This document shows, piece by piece, positions 49,267-58,643 of a stretch of DNA of 64,000 nucleotides. A program made the translations under genes and the position numbers. The DNA lies in NCBI GenBank assembly GCA_964367355.1, contig CAYIWY010000004.1, positions 35,976-99,975 on the forward strand, written 5' to 3'. A model generated the notes under the pieces. It saw only the letters and a program-made list of their open reading frames with translations. It did not search any database and was not told the DNA's origin. Every line of letters starts with the position of its first letter. Position 1 is the stretch's first letter. The stretch is from an uncultured Gammaproteobacteria bacterium (GTDB lineage: Bacteria > Patescibacteriota > Microgenomatia > Woykebacterales > RBG-16-39-9b).

Positions 49267-49845
49267 TTAATTGTTTGAGGGAGCAGCTGCAGCTTGGGTG
49301 ATTTCGGAAAGCAAGACACCCTCCACGATTAAACCTTTTGGTGCAAATTCCACTTCGAGTTGATCTTTAATCTTTTTTTCAGCCTCGTGTCGAACCGAAG
49401 AATTAATTTGTTGAAAGGTGAATTCGGATAGTGAAGTGCGAATACGGCTGCGACAAACCGGACGGACAATTTTTGAAACAAAGCGATCGCCAATATTTTC
49501 CCAAAGACTAACCACCTGATCGCGGTTAATTCGAACCAAGACTGTTCCTTGAACAGATATGTTAATACCGTCATTGGTCGTGGCGTTGATTGGATCGTCA
49601 CCAAGAACTTCTGGGTTTTGGTCAGTATTGAAGCCTGTTCGTATCCCGTATTCTAGAGTTTGGGCGTTAAAAAGTTTTGCTTTTTGCAGGAACGGAAGTT
49701 TAAAATGGAGCCCTGGCCCCCAAGTGTGACGCAAAACGCCGCGCAGACGGTCATAAACACAGGCGACCTGCCCGGGTTGGACATCGACAAAAAACCCGCC
49801 GGCGACTTCATCAACAAAAAATCCAACTACAAGTTTATCGAACAT
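49267..49845 (-). CDS. SPFH/Band-7 (prohibitin-like) domain protein
   Basis: GQVACVYDRLRGVLRHTWGPGLHFKLPFLQKAKLFNAQTLEY. Confidence 0.75.
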   Translation of the reverse strand: MFDKLVVGFFVDEVAGGFFVDVQPGQVACVYDRLRGVLRHTWGPGLHFKLPFLQKAKLFNAQTLEYGIRTGFNTDQNPEVLGDDPINATTNDGINISVQGTVLVRINRDQVVSLWENIGDRFVSKIVRPVCRSRIRTSLSEFTFQQINSSVRHEAEKKIKDQLEVEFAPKGLIVEGVLLSEITQAAAAPSNN

Positions 49846-50563
49846 TTTCTTCTTTTGGTCTTCCAGATCGACCGAGAGTAAACATTAAACGAATTCCGAG
49901 ACTAAAAAGTATTGAGACAATTAAAAATATCGCTTTGGTCGCTGGAAGTATTATTAATAGTATAAAAGTGAAGATAGGCAAAAGCAAGGGATACCATCGT
50001 TCCGAGAAGGTTGCTTCCGGAATATTCTTCTTTACTTCATACTCCCAAATTTGTTCTATAAAAAGCAAAACAGCCGCGATTGTACAGAGGATAAGATTAA
50101 AGGGTTTGGAAATATCAAAGCCGAAAAATTGATGGTAAACATTGCCAACTGGTGCGGTAACAAAACTGTAAAGCTTATCGTATCCTGAAGGAGTAATACC
50201 ATTTTGGACAATCTGAAAAAGAACTAAAAGAAAAATTATTTGTCCAAATAGAGAAAGTATCTCGGAAATTGGATTAATACCTTTTTCCCGGAGAAGAGCG
50301 GTGGTTTTTTCTCGTTTTTCTTTAGCCAGAAAGTGAGAGTCCTCCTCGATCGCTCTAACTTGCGAAGCTATTTCTTCAAGTAAGCTATCGGTTTTATAGC
50401 CTTTTAAGGTTAAGGGGAGAAAAATTAATCTGACAATAATCGCTAGCATTACGATAGCCCAACCTAAATTGGGACCAGGAGAAAAATTGTAAAGAGCGAT
50501 TACCAGATTATAAATTGGTTGGTAAAGAATTATGTTGTAGAGGTTGCCGAAAAGTTCAAGCAT
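49835..50563 (-). CDS. yidC: membrane protein insertase YidC (short Gram-positive type)
   Basis: YQPIYNLV...GWAIVMLAIIVRLIFLPLTLK and five TM helices. Confidence 0.85.
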   Translation of the reverse strand: MLELFGNLYNIILYQPIYNLVIALYNFSPGPNLGWAIVMLAIIVRLIFLPLTLKGYKTDSLLEEIASQVRAIEEDSHFLAKEKREKTTALLREKGINPISEILSLFGQIIFLLVLFQIVQNGITPSGYDKLYSFVTAPVGNVYHQFFGFDISKPFNLILCTIAAVLLFIEQIWEYEVKKNIPEATFSERWYPLLLPIFTFILLIILPATKAIFLIVSILFSLGIRLMFTLGRSGRPKEENVR

Positions 50564-50736
50564 TAGTTAAAATCAATTGTACTAGATTTGTAACAATCAA
50601 GCAAAGAAGCAGCCACTTCCTTTTTAACTTATTTTGTGTTATATTCCCCAATAGTTTTGGGAGAGTCTTATTTGTGTAATTTGAAATCAAAAATACTGTT
50701 AGTTAAGCAAAGACTCGTTTCCAAAAGGGTCTTTTT

Positions 50737-51153
50737 TTGTTTAAAATGGCAAAAATACTTTTGGTCGGTTCAGACCCTTCGATTACCGATATGTACGTTA
50801 AGGTACTCGAAACGAACGGGTTTGATAGCATAATTGAAAATACAGCCAAAGATGGGCTTGACCGTTTGTCAGATGAGTTTTTTCCGGCAACCATAGTTTT
50901 TCTGCCACGGGAGGAAAGCCTTTGGTTTCTAATTAAACTTAGAGCTTTTCATAGTGTTAAGGTTTCTTCGATTCCAGTTTTGGCCGTTGCTGATGAGTCC
51001 AGTGAAAATTTCATTGAATTTATTGAAAGTGGTGCCACCAAAGTTATTTCCAAATTCCCAACCAGCGGTGATAAAATCGTAACTGAACTTAGGAATATAT
51101 TAAATATTCCAAGAATGCGTCCAAACAATGAAGCAAACCAGTTCAAGAATTGA
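50737..51153 (+). CDS. receiver-like domain protein lacking the phospho-acceptor Asp (pseudo-receiver)
   Basis: CheY-like fold pattern (ILLVGSD...VLAVAD...TKVISK), but the D54-equivalent region reads IVFLPREE. Confidence 0.5.
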   Translation: MFKMAKILLVGSDPSITDMYVKVLETNGFDSIIENTAKDGLDRLSDEFFPATIVFLPREESLWFLIKLRAFHSVKVSSIPVLAVADESSENFIEFIESGATKVISKFPTSGDKIVTELRNILNIPRMRPNNEANQFKN

Positions 51154-51487
51154 AAGTTTTAAATATGCCGGTGATGGTTTAAAACATGCTTTTTATACCC
51201 AGGCAAATTTTCAGATTCAACTTACCTGTGGAATAGTTGTTTTGGTATTCGCGTTTGTTTTTAAGTTCAATCGTTTCGAATGGCTGATTTTGATAATTAC
51301 AGTTGGATTAGTTTTAATAGCTGAACTCCTTAATACTGTAATCGAAGTAGTGGTAGACCTGGCGGTTCAGGAAAAGCTGATTCCTGAGGCAAAAATTGCT
51401 AAGGATGTTTCCGCTGCGGCTGTACTTTTGACTAGTATAATTTCCGTTGTTGTTGGGATAATCCTCTTTTGGCCACACCTCTTCTAA
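51128..51487 (+). CDS. dgkA: diacylglycerol kinase / undecaprenol kinase family
   Basis: AELLNTVIEVVVDL...AKDVSAAAVLL pattern with three TM helices. Confidence 0.8.
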   Translation: MKQTSSRIESFKYAGDGLKHAFYTQANFQIQLTCGIVVLVFAFVFKFNRFEWLILIITVGLVLIAELLNTVIEVVVDLAVQEKLIPEAKIAKDVSAAAVLLTSIISVVVGIILFWPHLF

Positions 51488-52470
51488 TCAGCAAACATTT
51501 CAGTAAACATTTTTCCGTATTTAACTGTATCGTAAACCCCAATTCCAACTCGAGTATATTTAGTTGAAATCATTGATTTTAAATGATTGGGAGAACGCAG
51601 GAAACCTTCGTGAGCTGTAATTGCGTCTGGAGCGAAAGATAGGTTCTCGGCTAAGGAATTAAAAATTAAATTTTCAGCAAGTGCTCGATCGTAAGGACTT
51701 TTTCCCTTCGGGTCAATGTGACCGAAGTAGCTCTCATCGATCATGGCCTTTGAGTGGTCGCGGGCGATTTTTGTTATCAGATGGTCTGATTGAAGCTGCG
51801 GTAAATTTTTTTCAACTCGAGTTTGATTTAAGGCGATAAAAAGTTGTTTTTCCGAGTCTGTGTCTAAAATAGCTTTGTGGTCAGGAATCGATAAACGCAC
51901 GAAACTATCGCTGTCTTGTTTTGTCGAGGTAATGGAAATAATACCTTCCCGAATTGAGCGTGAAAAAGCTTGTTCTAGCGGAACATTAAAGCGAGTTGTA
52001 AAGGGCAGTAGATTGCCGACAATTTTTGAGGACGTCAGGGCCGTTTTTACGCTGGTTGGTATTGGTAAGACGATTATGACAGTAGAAATAAAGGAAATTA
52101 TCAAGAAACTAGAAAACAAATTTGGGACAAGTCCCAAGTAGCGGTTAAATCTTGAAAGAATTAAGGTCATTGGTAGTTTTTTGAAAAAATCATTAAAAAA
52201 AGCACTAAAGAGAACCTCGACAAAGATAAAGATGAAGATAAAAGAAATTAAATTTACCAACTCTGACCTAAATCCAATATAAACAAGTATGAAAGATAGT
52301 AGTGGGAAAAGAGAAATAGAACTAACTAAGGAAATTGAAAAACCCAAAAATTCAAAAAACTGTGCTAAAAAACCGCGTTTAAAAACAAACGCAGCATAAA
52401 TAACAACGAATAAAATAATTCCTAAATCTACCCAATTAAAACCCATTAGCATTTCGAATCTTAGTTCCAT
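51484..52470 (-). CDS. CvpA-family membrane domain fused to a YkwD-like CAP/SCP extracellular domain
   Basis: N-terminal MGFNWVDLGIILFVVIYAAFVFKRGF (CvpA-like, four TM). C-terminal SPYDRALAENL...AENLSF...FLRSPNHLKSMI...RVGIGV, the CAP-domain pattern. Confidence 0.7.
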   Translation of the reverse strand: MELRFEMLMGFNWVDLGIILFVVIYAAFVFKRGFLAQFFEFLGFSISLVSSISLFPLLSFILVYIGFRSELVNLISFIFIFIFVEVLFSAFFNDFFKKLPMTLILSRFNRYLGLVPNLFSSFLIISFISTVIIVLPIPTSVKTALTSSKIVGNLLPFTTRFNVPLEQAFSRSIREGIISITSTKQDSDSFVRLSIPDHKAILDTDSEKQLFIALNQTRVEKNLPQLQSDHLITKIARDHSKAMIDESYFGHIDPKGKSPYDRALAENLIFNSLAENLSFAPDAITAHEGFLRSPNHLKSMISTKYTRVGIGVYDTVKYGKMFTEMFAD

Positions 52471-52568
52471 CCCCAGGGCAAAGTAATTACGTTAGTAGAA
52501 GCAAGAACTGCGATGATTGCTATTACTAAGGCTGTTAAAGCAATATAAAGCGTTGTGTTTTTTGACAA
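52461..52568 (-). CDS. 35-aa hydrophobic peptide (MSKNTTLYIALTALVIAIIAVLASTNVITLPWGWN), TTG start
   Basis: AAGGAGGTGA site. The stop overlaps the ATG of the CvpA-CAP gene (ATGGAACTAA). Paralogous to the peptide at 52600..52707. Confidence 0.45.
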   Translation of the reverse strand: MSKNTTLYIALTALVIAIIAVLASTNVITLPWGWN

Positions 52569-52599
52569 TTAAATCACCTCCTTATAATTTAAGCTAAAA

Positions 52600-52707
52600 T
52601 TAGTTAAATCCCCAAGGTAAAGTTATCACGTTCGTTGAAGCAAGCACAGCAACAACAGCTACTACTAATGCGATAAGTGCGACCCAGAGGGCCGTGTTTT
52701 TAGGCAT
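52600..52707 (-). CDS. 35-aa hydrophobic peptide (MPKNTALWVALIALVVAVVAVLASTNVITLPWGFN)
   Basis: CAAGGAGGTGACA site then ATG. About 70% identical to the downstream paralog. Confidence 0.45.
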   Translation of the reverse strand: MPKNTALWVALIALVVAVVAVLASTNVITLPWGFN

Positions 52708-52795
52708 ATTTAAATTGTCACCTCCTTGAGAAAATTAATGAGTTGTTGGGTAGTCATTTGCGATAGATAAATTGTCCTATTCTTTGGTAATTTTG

Positions 52796-54262
52796 TCAAA
52801 CTGAAGAGTCTCCTTTTGGTAAACTGACAAAAAAAGTAGAGCCTTGATTGGTTTTTGATTCAAACCAAATCTTACCTCCGTGAGTCTCAGCAATAACACG
52901 CGATAGATACAAACCTAAACCTAAACCTTGATAATCGTATTGTAAAAGATCAGTGGCCCGATGAAATTTCTTAAACACTAATGGAATTTCCTTTTCGGAT
53001 ATGCCAATACCAGTATCTTTTACACTAACGACAAAATTGTTCTTATCCTCTTCAATAGCTAATGTGACTGAACCGCTGTCCTTGTTAAATTTAATCGCGT
53101 TTTCAACAAGGTTGTTAAACAAAAGTTTTAATCTAGTGCTATCTCCGTTAATAAAATAGTTTTCTGCCGGGGAAACAAAATGGAGTGAAACTTTTTTTGC
53201 CAAAGCCGCAGGTGAATAAAGAGAAATAACCTGATTGATTATTGAAGCTAGATCTAGCTTTGACTCGGTAGAAATTTTTTTATCGGTTTCCAGAGACACA
53301 ATACTTAAAAATTCCTCCACCAGACTTTCAAGTTTTGAAACTGCGACTGAAATAGCCTTGTACTTATCCTTGTAAGGTTTTGTTGCTTTTGGATCTGCAA
53401 TTAACTGGCTAGTGTAGCCTTTTAGAATAGTTAAAGGCGTACGAAGGTTATGGGAAGCAATGATAATAAACTCGTCCTTAAGCCTATCCAAATCCTTTAG
53501 GTCTTCAATATTTTTTTGTAGGGAGCTGGCCATATTGTTTACCGATCCTGCTAAAGTTTCAAGCTCATCACCGGTAACTACAGATATTCTTTCGTTTAGT
53601 TTACCTTTGCTAACTAGTATGGCACCTGAGACAATCTTCTCGATTGGGGAAACAATTAAACGGTTGACTGTAAATAATACAATCAAAGTTGACAATATTG
53701 CGACTAAAAAACTAGTACCCAGTACAATCGCAATTGTGTAAACAAGACTTTCACGAATGCTATCGTAATTTAAGAAAAAACGAAATGAATATGGGTGTGC
53801 CCCAAAATCGTCAAAGAAAGGTTCAATAATCACGGTTACTTCACCAAGACTGTTTTTGAATTCACTGTGTGTGTCGGAATTAACCGCATTTATTGTTTCT
53901 AGTTCAGTAATTTTTCTATCAGAATTACTCGGGGTAGCGGAGTCATAAAGTACGACTGCATTAACGTCAATTATTTGGAAACTTCGTACACTTTTTTCAA
54001 GCTCTAGTGTTTTTTCAGTTATTTCTCTCATTTTGATATCACCCGAGTCAAAATAGGTTTCGTAAGCACTAGCTAGCGGTTTGACCGAAAGACTAGTAAA
54101 ACCCCGTGCCGAATTTAGGAGGGCCTGTCTTTGGTCGCTTAATTGGTAGGTAATAAATACTATTGAGATCAGGGCGGCCAGAAGAAATAAAATAGAAAGT
54201 AGTAAGATAAGAAACTTTACTTTAAGTGATTTTTTAGCAAATCTGAACATGGGCAGGCTCAT
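52796..54262 (-). CDS. membrane sensor histidine kinase
   Basis: Two TM helices flanking an extracytoplasmic loop, H-box IIASHNLRTPLTILKGY, and HATPase_c motifs. Confidence 0.85.
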   Translation of the reverse strand: MSLPMFRFAKKSLKVKFLILLLSILFLLAALISIVFITYQLSDQRQALLNSARGFTSLSVKPLASAYETYFDSGDIKMREITEKTLELEKSVRSFQIIDVNAVVLYDSATPSNSDRKITELETINAVNSDTHSEFKNSLGEVTVIIEPFFDDFGAHPYSFRFFLNYDSIRESLVYTIAIVLGTSFLVAILSTLIVLFTVNRLIVSPIEKIVSGAILVSKGKLNERISVVTGDELETLAGSVNNMASSLQKNIEDLKDLDRLKDEFIIIASHNLRTPLTILKGYTSQLIADPKATKPYKDKYKAISVAVSKLESLVEEFLSIVSLETDKKISTESKLDLASIINQVISLYSPAALAKKVSLHFVSPAENYFINGDSTRLKLLFNNLVENAIKFNKDSGSVTLAIEEDKNNFVVSVKDTGIGISEKEIPLVFKKFHRATDLLQYDYQGLGLGLYLSRVIAETHGGKIWFESKTNQGSTFFVSLPKGDSSV

Positions 54263-54279
54263 GATTTAATAGGGATACT

Positions 54280-56007
54280 TTAGTAGCTTTTGTTTCGGAT
54301 TTCTCGACCGGTTACTGACTCAAGTATGAAGTCAGCTAAAGCATTTGTTGAAAAGTCGTAATTGTTGCGAAGTACAAATGTATTAGTTATAGAGTAAAGA
54401 GGGACAACAGGAACATCAGCAACAATTTCTTCAACTAAGCTTTCGAGTAGTTTTTTCCTTTCGGTTGGAACAAAACTTTTGTTTATCTTGTCAATTTCTT
54501 GATCGACTTTTGAATTCGAATAACTTAGAAGATTGGAATCTGCCTCTGTGCGGAAAATGCCGTCAATGTATTCTCCACCGTCATTAGCCGTCGGACCTGC
54601 AATAAAGGCTGCTGCTTTTCCGGAAAACAGATCTTTGACTAGTGAACCGAAGGTTTCAACGGTTATAACGCTTGTTTTAATATCGGAGTCTGCTAGTTCT
54701 GCAGAAACAGCCTTAGCAACCTCTTCACGGTCGGCTGTAGTATAAATATCGAACTCAAGATTTGCTGAATTGGCATCTTTAAGTAGTGCCTTTGCCTTGA
54801 CTGTGTCCTTAACACTGTCTTGAATTTCGCTGTTGTAGCCGACAATTGATTTAGTAATGAATTGGTTGGCTTTTTTTCCAGAGACGGATGCGACTTTGAT
54901 GACATTGTTATTATCGATAGAAAGTTTAACTGCTTCTCTTACGTTTTTTTGTAACAAAGGGTTTGGCTTACCATTCAATTTTGTGGCAGCAAAATTGATC
55001 AATAACATGACAACTCTAGGTTCGTCTTCCTGGCGGATTTGAAATTCATCCCCCAAATTTGTTTGCTTTGTTTCTACCCGTGCATAGTCAATTTCCTTAT
55101 TTTTTAACGCTTTAAGCATGTCGTCGTCAGTTTCATAAACGATAAATTTAGCCGTCTTAAGCTTTGGTTTTTCACCCCAGTAGCCATCAAACCGCTCAAC
55201 TTCAGCTTTTTTATCTTTTGTGAAACGCACGATTTTAAACGGGCCGGTTCCGGAAACCTTATCCAAACCATCGCGTTCAATTTGCTTTTTGGAAAGAATG
55301 TAAACGTCAGTAATACGATTTAGTAATATTGGGTCCGGTTTACTTGTAATTATATCCACGGTTTTGTCGTCAATTATTCTTATTTCTTTAATTGTTGAAA
55401 CTGAGTTTGTTGAGGGCCAAGATTTTTCTTCATTGTCGGCGTTTTCTAAGACCTGGTCAAATGAGTATTTAACATCATCAACCGTTAGTATGTCCCCAGA
55501 CTGGAATTTAATTCCAGTACGAATGGTGAACCGCCAGGTTGAAGTATCCGGGTTAGTCCATTTGGTTGCAATTGCGGGAACGATACTCGATCCTCGAACC
55601 TTAGTCAGAGCTTCAAATACCGCGTCATTAAAATTATTAGCGTCAACTGTGGGTGGATTTGAACTTGTTGGATATATTCCTGACAATGTTGTCCATCCTA
55701 AGTTAATTTGTTCAGTTTCCAATCCAGTCACGACCCTGGCTTCTTTGGGTTTTTCCTTAAGGAAAAAGATATAAGCCAGGAAAGCCCCAATAGATAGAAT
55801 TAGAAGAAAAATAATAATTTTTGAGAAATTTCCAAAAGAAAAATTTGCTTTTTGAGGATTAATTGTGCTCACTTGAGCGCTGGCTGATGTTTGTTCTTCA
55901 GGCATTGTTATAATTATAGCAAATTTTGAAAATGTAAAGCAATGGACACAAATTTCCGATACGGAGGGTTTGCCAACGCAGGGGACGGTAGACAAAAAAG
56001 CGTACAA
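54280..56007 (-). CDS. ABC transporter substrate-binding protein, family 5 (peptide/nickel type), membrane-anchored
   Basis: SBP_bac_5 architecture. The real start is probably the internal MPEEQTSAS, just before the TM anchor. Confidence 0.8.
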   Translation of the reverse strand: MYAFLSTVPCVGKPSVSEICVHCFTFSKFAIIITMPEEQTSASAQVSTINPQKANFSFGNFSKIIIFLLILSIGAFLAYIFFLKEKPKEARVVTGLETEQINLGWTTLSGIYPTSSNPPTVDANNFNDAVFEALTKVRGSSIVPAIATKWTNPDTSTWRFTIRTGIKFQSGDILTVDDVKYSFDQVLENADNEEKSWPSTNSVSTIKEIRIIDDKTVDIITSKPDPILLNRITDVYILSKKQIERDGLDKVSGTGPFKIVRFTKDKKAEVERFDGYWGEKPKLKTAKFIVYETDDDMLKALKNKEIDYARVETKQTNLGDEFQIRQEDEPRVVMLLINFAATKLNGKPNPLLQKNVREAVKLSIDNNNVIKVASVSGKKANQFITKSIVGYNSEIQDSVKDTVKAKALLKDANSANLEFDIYTTADREEVAKAVSAELADSDIKTSVITVETFGSLVKDLFSGKAAAFIAGPTANDGGEYIDGIFRTEADSNLLSYSNSKVDQEIDKINKSFVPTERKKLLESLVEEIVADVPVVPLYSITNTFVLRNNYDFSTNALADFILESVTGREIRNKSY

Positions 56008-56040
56008 AAAAACCTCGCGCGAAGCGAGGCTTTTTGTAAT
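55996..56040 (-). terminator. rho-independent terminator after the csp gene
   Basis: CCTCGCTTCGCGCGAGG hairpin followed by TTTTTTT on the minus strand. Confidence 0.7.
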
Positions 56041-56056
56041 GCATTGTTTGACCTAA

Positions 56057-56254
56057 TTAGGCAAGTTTTACATTCTTTGCACTTGGGCCTTTTTGACCAT
56101 CAACAACATCAAATGTAACTGATGCGCCGACTTCGAGAGCGTCAAAAGAAACATCGATTAAATCGTTAGAGTGGAAGAAAAGATCTTTGGTTTCTCCTTC
56201 TCGAGAAATAAATCCAAAGCCTTTTTCTGTTTTTGTTTTAATTGTTCCGTCCAT
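56057..56254 (-). CDS. cold-shock protein (CspA family)
   Basis: KGFGFI RNP1 motif, FFHSNDL; 65 aa; long 5'UTR. Confidence 0.9.
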   Translation of the reverse strand: MDGTIKTKTEKGFGFISREGETKDLFFHSNDLIDVSFDALEVGASVTFDVVDGQKGPSAKNVKLA

Positions 56255-56405
56255 AGTTTTATTGTGTAGATTTTTTATTAAAAGCTACTAATACCTCCTT
56301 TCATTTTTGATTATACTCTATTTGCTACTAATTAGCTAATTGAGACTAATTGGCACTGTTATTTTGCAGACAACACACCCAATTTTTCGTACCTCGGAAA
56401 TAGCA

Positions 56406-56535
56406 GGATTCTCACGTAGGTTCGAGTCAACTCCAGAAACTAAAAAAGAAACTTGAGATGGACCCAACTGACTTCTTCTGGCTGCCAGACTAAGTCGCTT
56501 CGCGCCTTGCGACCACTTCGTGGGCTAAGGATTCG
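56406..56535. repeat. 130-nt direct repeat copy 1, containing a copy of the tRNA-Gln 3' end TGGCTGCCAGACTA
   Basis: Segments X (GGATTCTCACGTAGGTTCGA...), T (TGGCTGCCAGACTA) and Y (AGTCGCTTCGCGCCTTGCGACCACTTCGTGGGCTAA) align to 58446-58583. Confidence 0.85.
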
Positions 56536-56750
56536 AAAATCTAATCTTGTCTATGACAAACCAGAAAGTATGTTCGAAGTTTCAAACACACTTTCTGGCT
56601 GGCGAAGTTGCCCGCAGGTGGAACCTCATTGAACCTAGTCTCCACAATACCTACGAAAAACTAATGAATCTGGGTTTTATCTTCCACAACGGACAAGTCA
56701 CTAAAATACTACAAGAAAAAAGAGAATAAAAATGATTTAAAAATAACTCC

Positions 56751-58397
56751 TTGAAATTCTTTCTTTTAGTTGTAATAATATTACAAATGCCTGAAAGTTC
56801 ACCCATTTCTACACCTGTAGTAGAAAATTTTAACACATCCTTATCACAAACAGTTAAAACTCCAACGAAACCACGAAAGCCGATCCTTATTATATTGGTC
56901 TTAATATTATTATTTGTGGGTGCGGCAGTTTTTGCATTCATTTGGAATCAGAGGGGAGATCAGTTAAGAGTGCTTGATAATGGAAACTCGTCTCTTCTAA
57001 AAGACCGAGTGTTTGTACGCTACGAGGAAAATGGTGCGTACGAGAAAGACTCTAGTACAGGTGAGGTTAAAAAAATAACAGATGCTAAAGGTAATGTTAA
57101 CAGCATTCGCAAAAAGACGTTTGAAATAACTTTGGAAAAAAATGGCACAAAGCATCCCGTAATCCTAGACGATAAAACTATAGAGTTTGGTGCAACTACG
57201 GACAATAAACTTTATTCGATATCATGCAGTGTTGCGGAAGATGGAATGGTAGGTGCAGATAACGCTAGTTTTACAGTCCAGTTCTATGACCAAGATGGCA
57301 ATAAAACTAAACAAGCAAATTGGAAAGAACAGGATACAACGAGACCTGCTGATTTAGGAAATGACTGCCAGAGCAACTATTTTAGTATTCGCTCAAATCG
57401 GGTTGATTTTGCTGCACGTAACTACGGGCGTGAATTAGTTGATGATCTTAACTACAAGCTTGTCTTTGTTAAGAATGATGGTTCAAAACAAGATGTGGAT
57501 ATTGAGACTACGGCAGACATCAATATTCCATTGGGTCCAACCCCAGATAAAAAATTATTTCTCTACAATCGAATTAGTGCGAAAAGATTGCCCGATGGCT
57601 GTGGTGGTCCGATAACTGAGTTACCGTACAAGGTAGTAGACTTTTCAGGTCCAATTAACGAGCTGCATGCTGTCGATCTCTTGGCTAAAAAAGACACTCT
57701 CATCGGAACAGAGAAATCCTTTTCCGCGACAGATCATCAGATTAATTTAAGCCACAGAGGTGATTTTTCAAAAGATAGCGCTAGGTATTACCTAGTTGAT
57801 GTAGGATCTGTCGGCCACGGTGGCTGTTCTGATGGTAATATTGTACCAATACGTATACCTTATATTGATCTTAAAACTAACAAATTAGAAACAATTTCTT
57901 CACCTGATGGGAAAGAGTACTCCAACTATTGTTTCAATGAAAATGTAAATTACATTTTAGAATCTGGGGTTGTAGATGACTATGACGATGCAACTCCAGC
58001 CAAAACTCCAGCAGCACCTACAGTTTTAAATATCATGAATAGCACTGTTTACCAAGATAACAATCTTACTGATGGATTTGGCTGTGAAAGTTGGCTGCCA
58101 AACACTTTTATGAAGTTAGATACAACTGCCGACGAAACAGAAGAAGAACACACTTATTCCCTTCTTGGTTTCAGCACCTTCGATCCAGCTACTAAAGCTA
58201 TTCAGAAAACTACCTTGAAAACGCCTGTATTGTACAAGTCGGTGTTATTCCTTAAGGGTAGTTTTATCTCTAGTATTCAAAAAACTGGTGCTGCTAATGT
58301 TGGCTATATTAATAGAGATAGGGTGGAAAAGACTGTCCTATTCAACGCCAAAACCGGAGAAATCCAGGAAGTAGATTACGCGCAACTTGTGTTGTGA
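56751..58397 (+). CDS. large secreted/membrane-anchored hypothetical protein (Cys/Asp-rich, beta-rich)
   Basis: 548-aa ORF with an N-terminal TM (PILIILVLILLFVGAAVFAFIW). The start is ambiguous between TTG 56751 and ATG 56787. Confidence 0.6.
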   Translation: MKFFLLVVIILQMPESSPISTPVVENFNTSLSQTVKTPTKPRKPILIILVLILLFVGAAVFAFIWNQRGDQLRVLDNGNSSLLKDRVFVRYEENGAYEKDSSTGEVKKITDAKGNVNSIRKKTFEITLEKNGTKHPVILDDKTIEFGATTDNKLYSISCSVAEDGMVGADNASFTVQFYDQDGNKTKQANWKEQDTTRPADLGNDCQSNYFSIRSNRVDFAARNYGRELVDDLNYKLVFVKNDGSKQDVDIETTADINIPLGPTPDKKLFLYNRISAKRLPDGCGGPITELPYKVVDFSGPINELHAVDLLAKKDTLIGTEKSFSATDHQINLSHRGDFSKDSARYYLVDVGSVGHGGCSDGNIVPIRIPYIDLKTNKLETISSPDGKEYSNYCFNENVNYILESGVVDDYDDATPAKTPAAPTVLNIMNSTVYQDNNLTDGFGCESWLPNTFMKLDTTADETEEEHTYSLLGFSTFDPATKAIQKTTLKTPVLYKSVLFLKGSFISSIQKTGAANVGYINRDRVEKTVLFNAKTGEIQEVDYAQLVL

Positions 58398-58445
58398 TCC
58401 TGTTATTAAAACTCCTAAATTGTTCCGAAAAACCCCACTATTTTT

Positions 58446-58583
58446 TGGCTGCCAGACTAAGTCGCTTCGCGCCTTGCGACCACTTCGTGGGCTAAGGATT
58501 CTCACGTAGGTTCGAATCAGCTCTAGAAACTAGAAAAAGACACTTGAGATAAACTCAATTGCCTTTTTCTGGCTGCCAGACTA
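58446..58583. repeat. 130-nt direct repeat copy 2 (T-Y-X-T order), running into tRNA-Gln
   Basis: See copy 1. The final T segment is the genuine 3' end of tRNA-Gln. Confidence 0.85.
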
Positions 58584-58643
58584 GGATTCGAACCTAGATA
58601 ACGGGATCCAAATTCCCGTGTCCTACCATTAGACGATCTGGCA
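58570..58643 (-). tRNA. tRNA-Gln (anticodon TTG), U1-A72
   Basis: Reverse complement TGCCAGATCGTCTAATGGTAGGACACGGGAATTTGGATCCCGTTATCTAGGTTCGAATCCTAGTCTGGCAGCCA. Confidence 0.85.

Noticed and set aside
56547-56729. 60-aa plus-strand ORF between the repeat copy and the secreted-protein gene
   Set aside because: No RBS and no recognisable features. It sits in a repeat-flanked non-coding stretch. Left uncalled.
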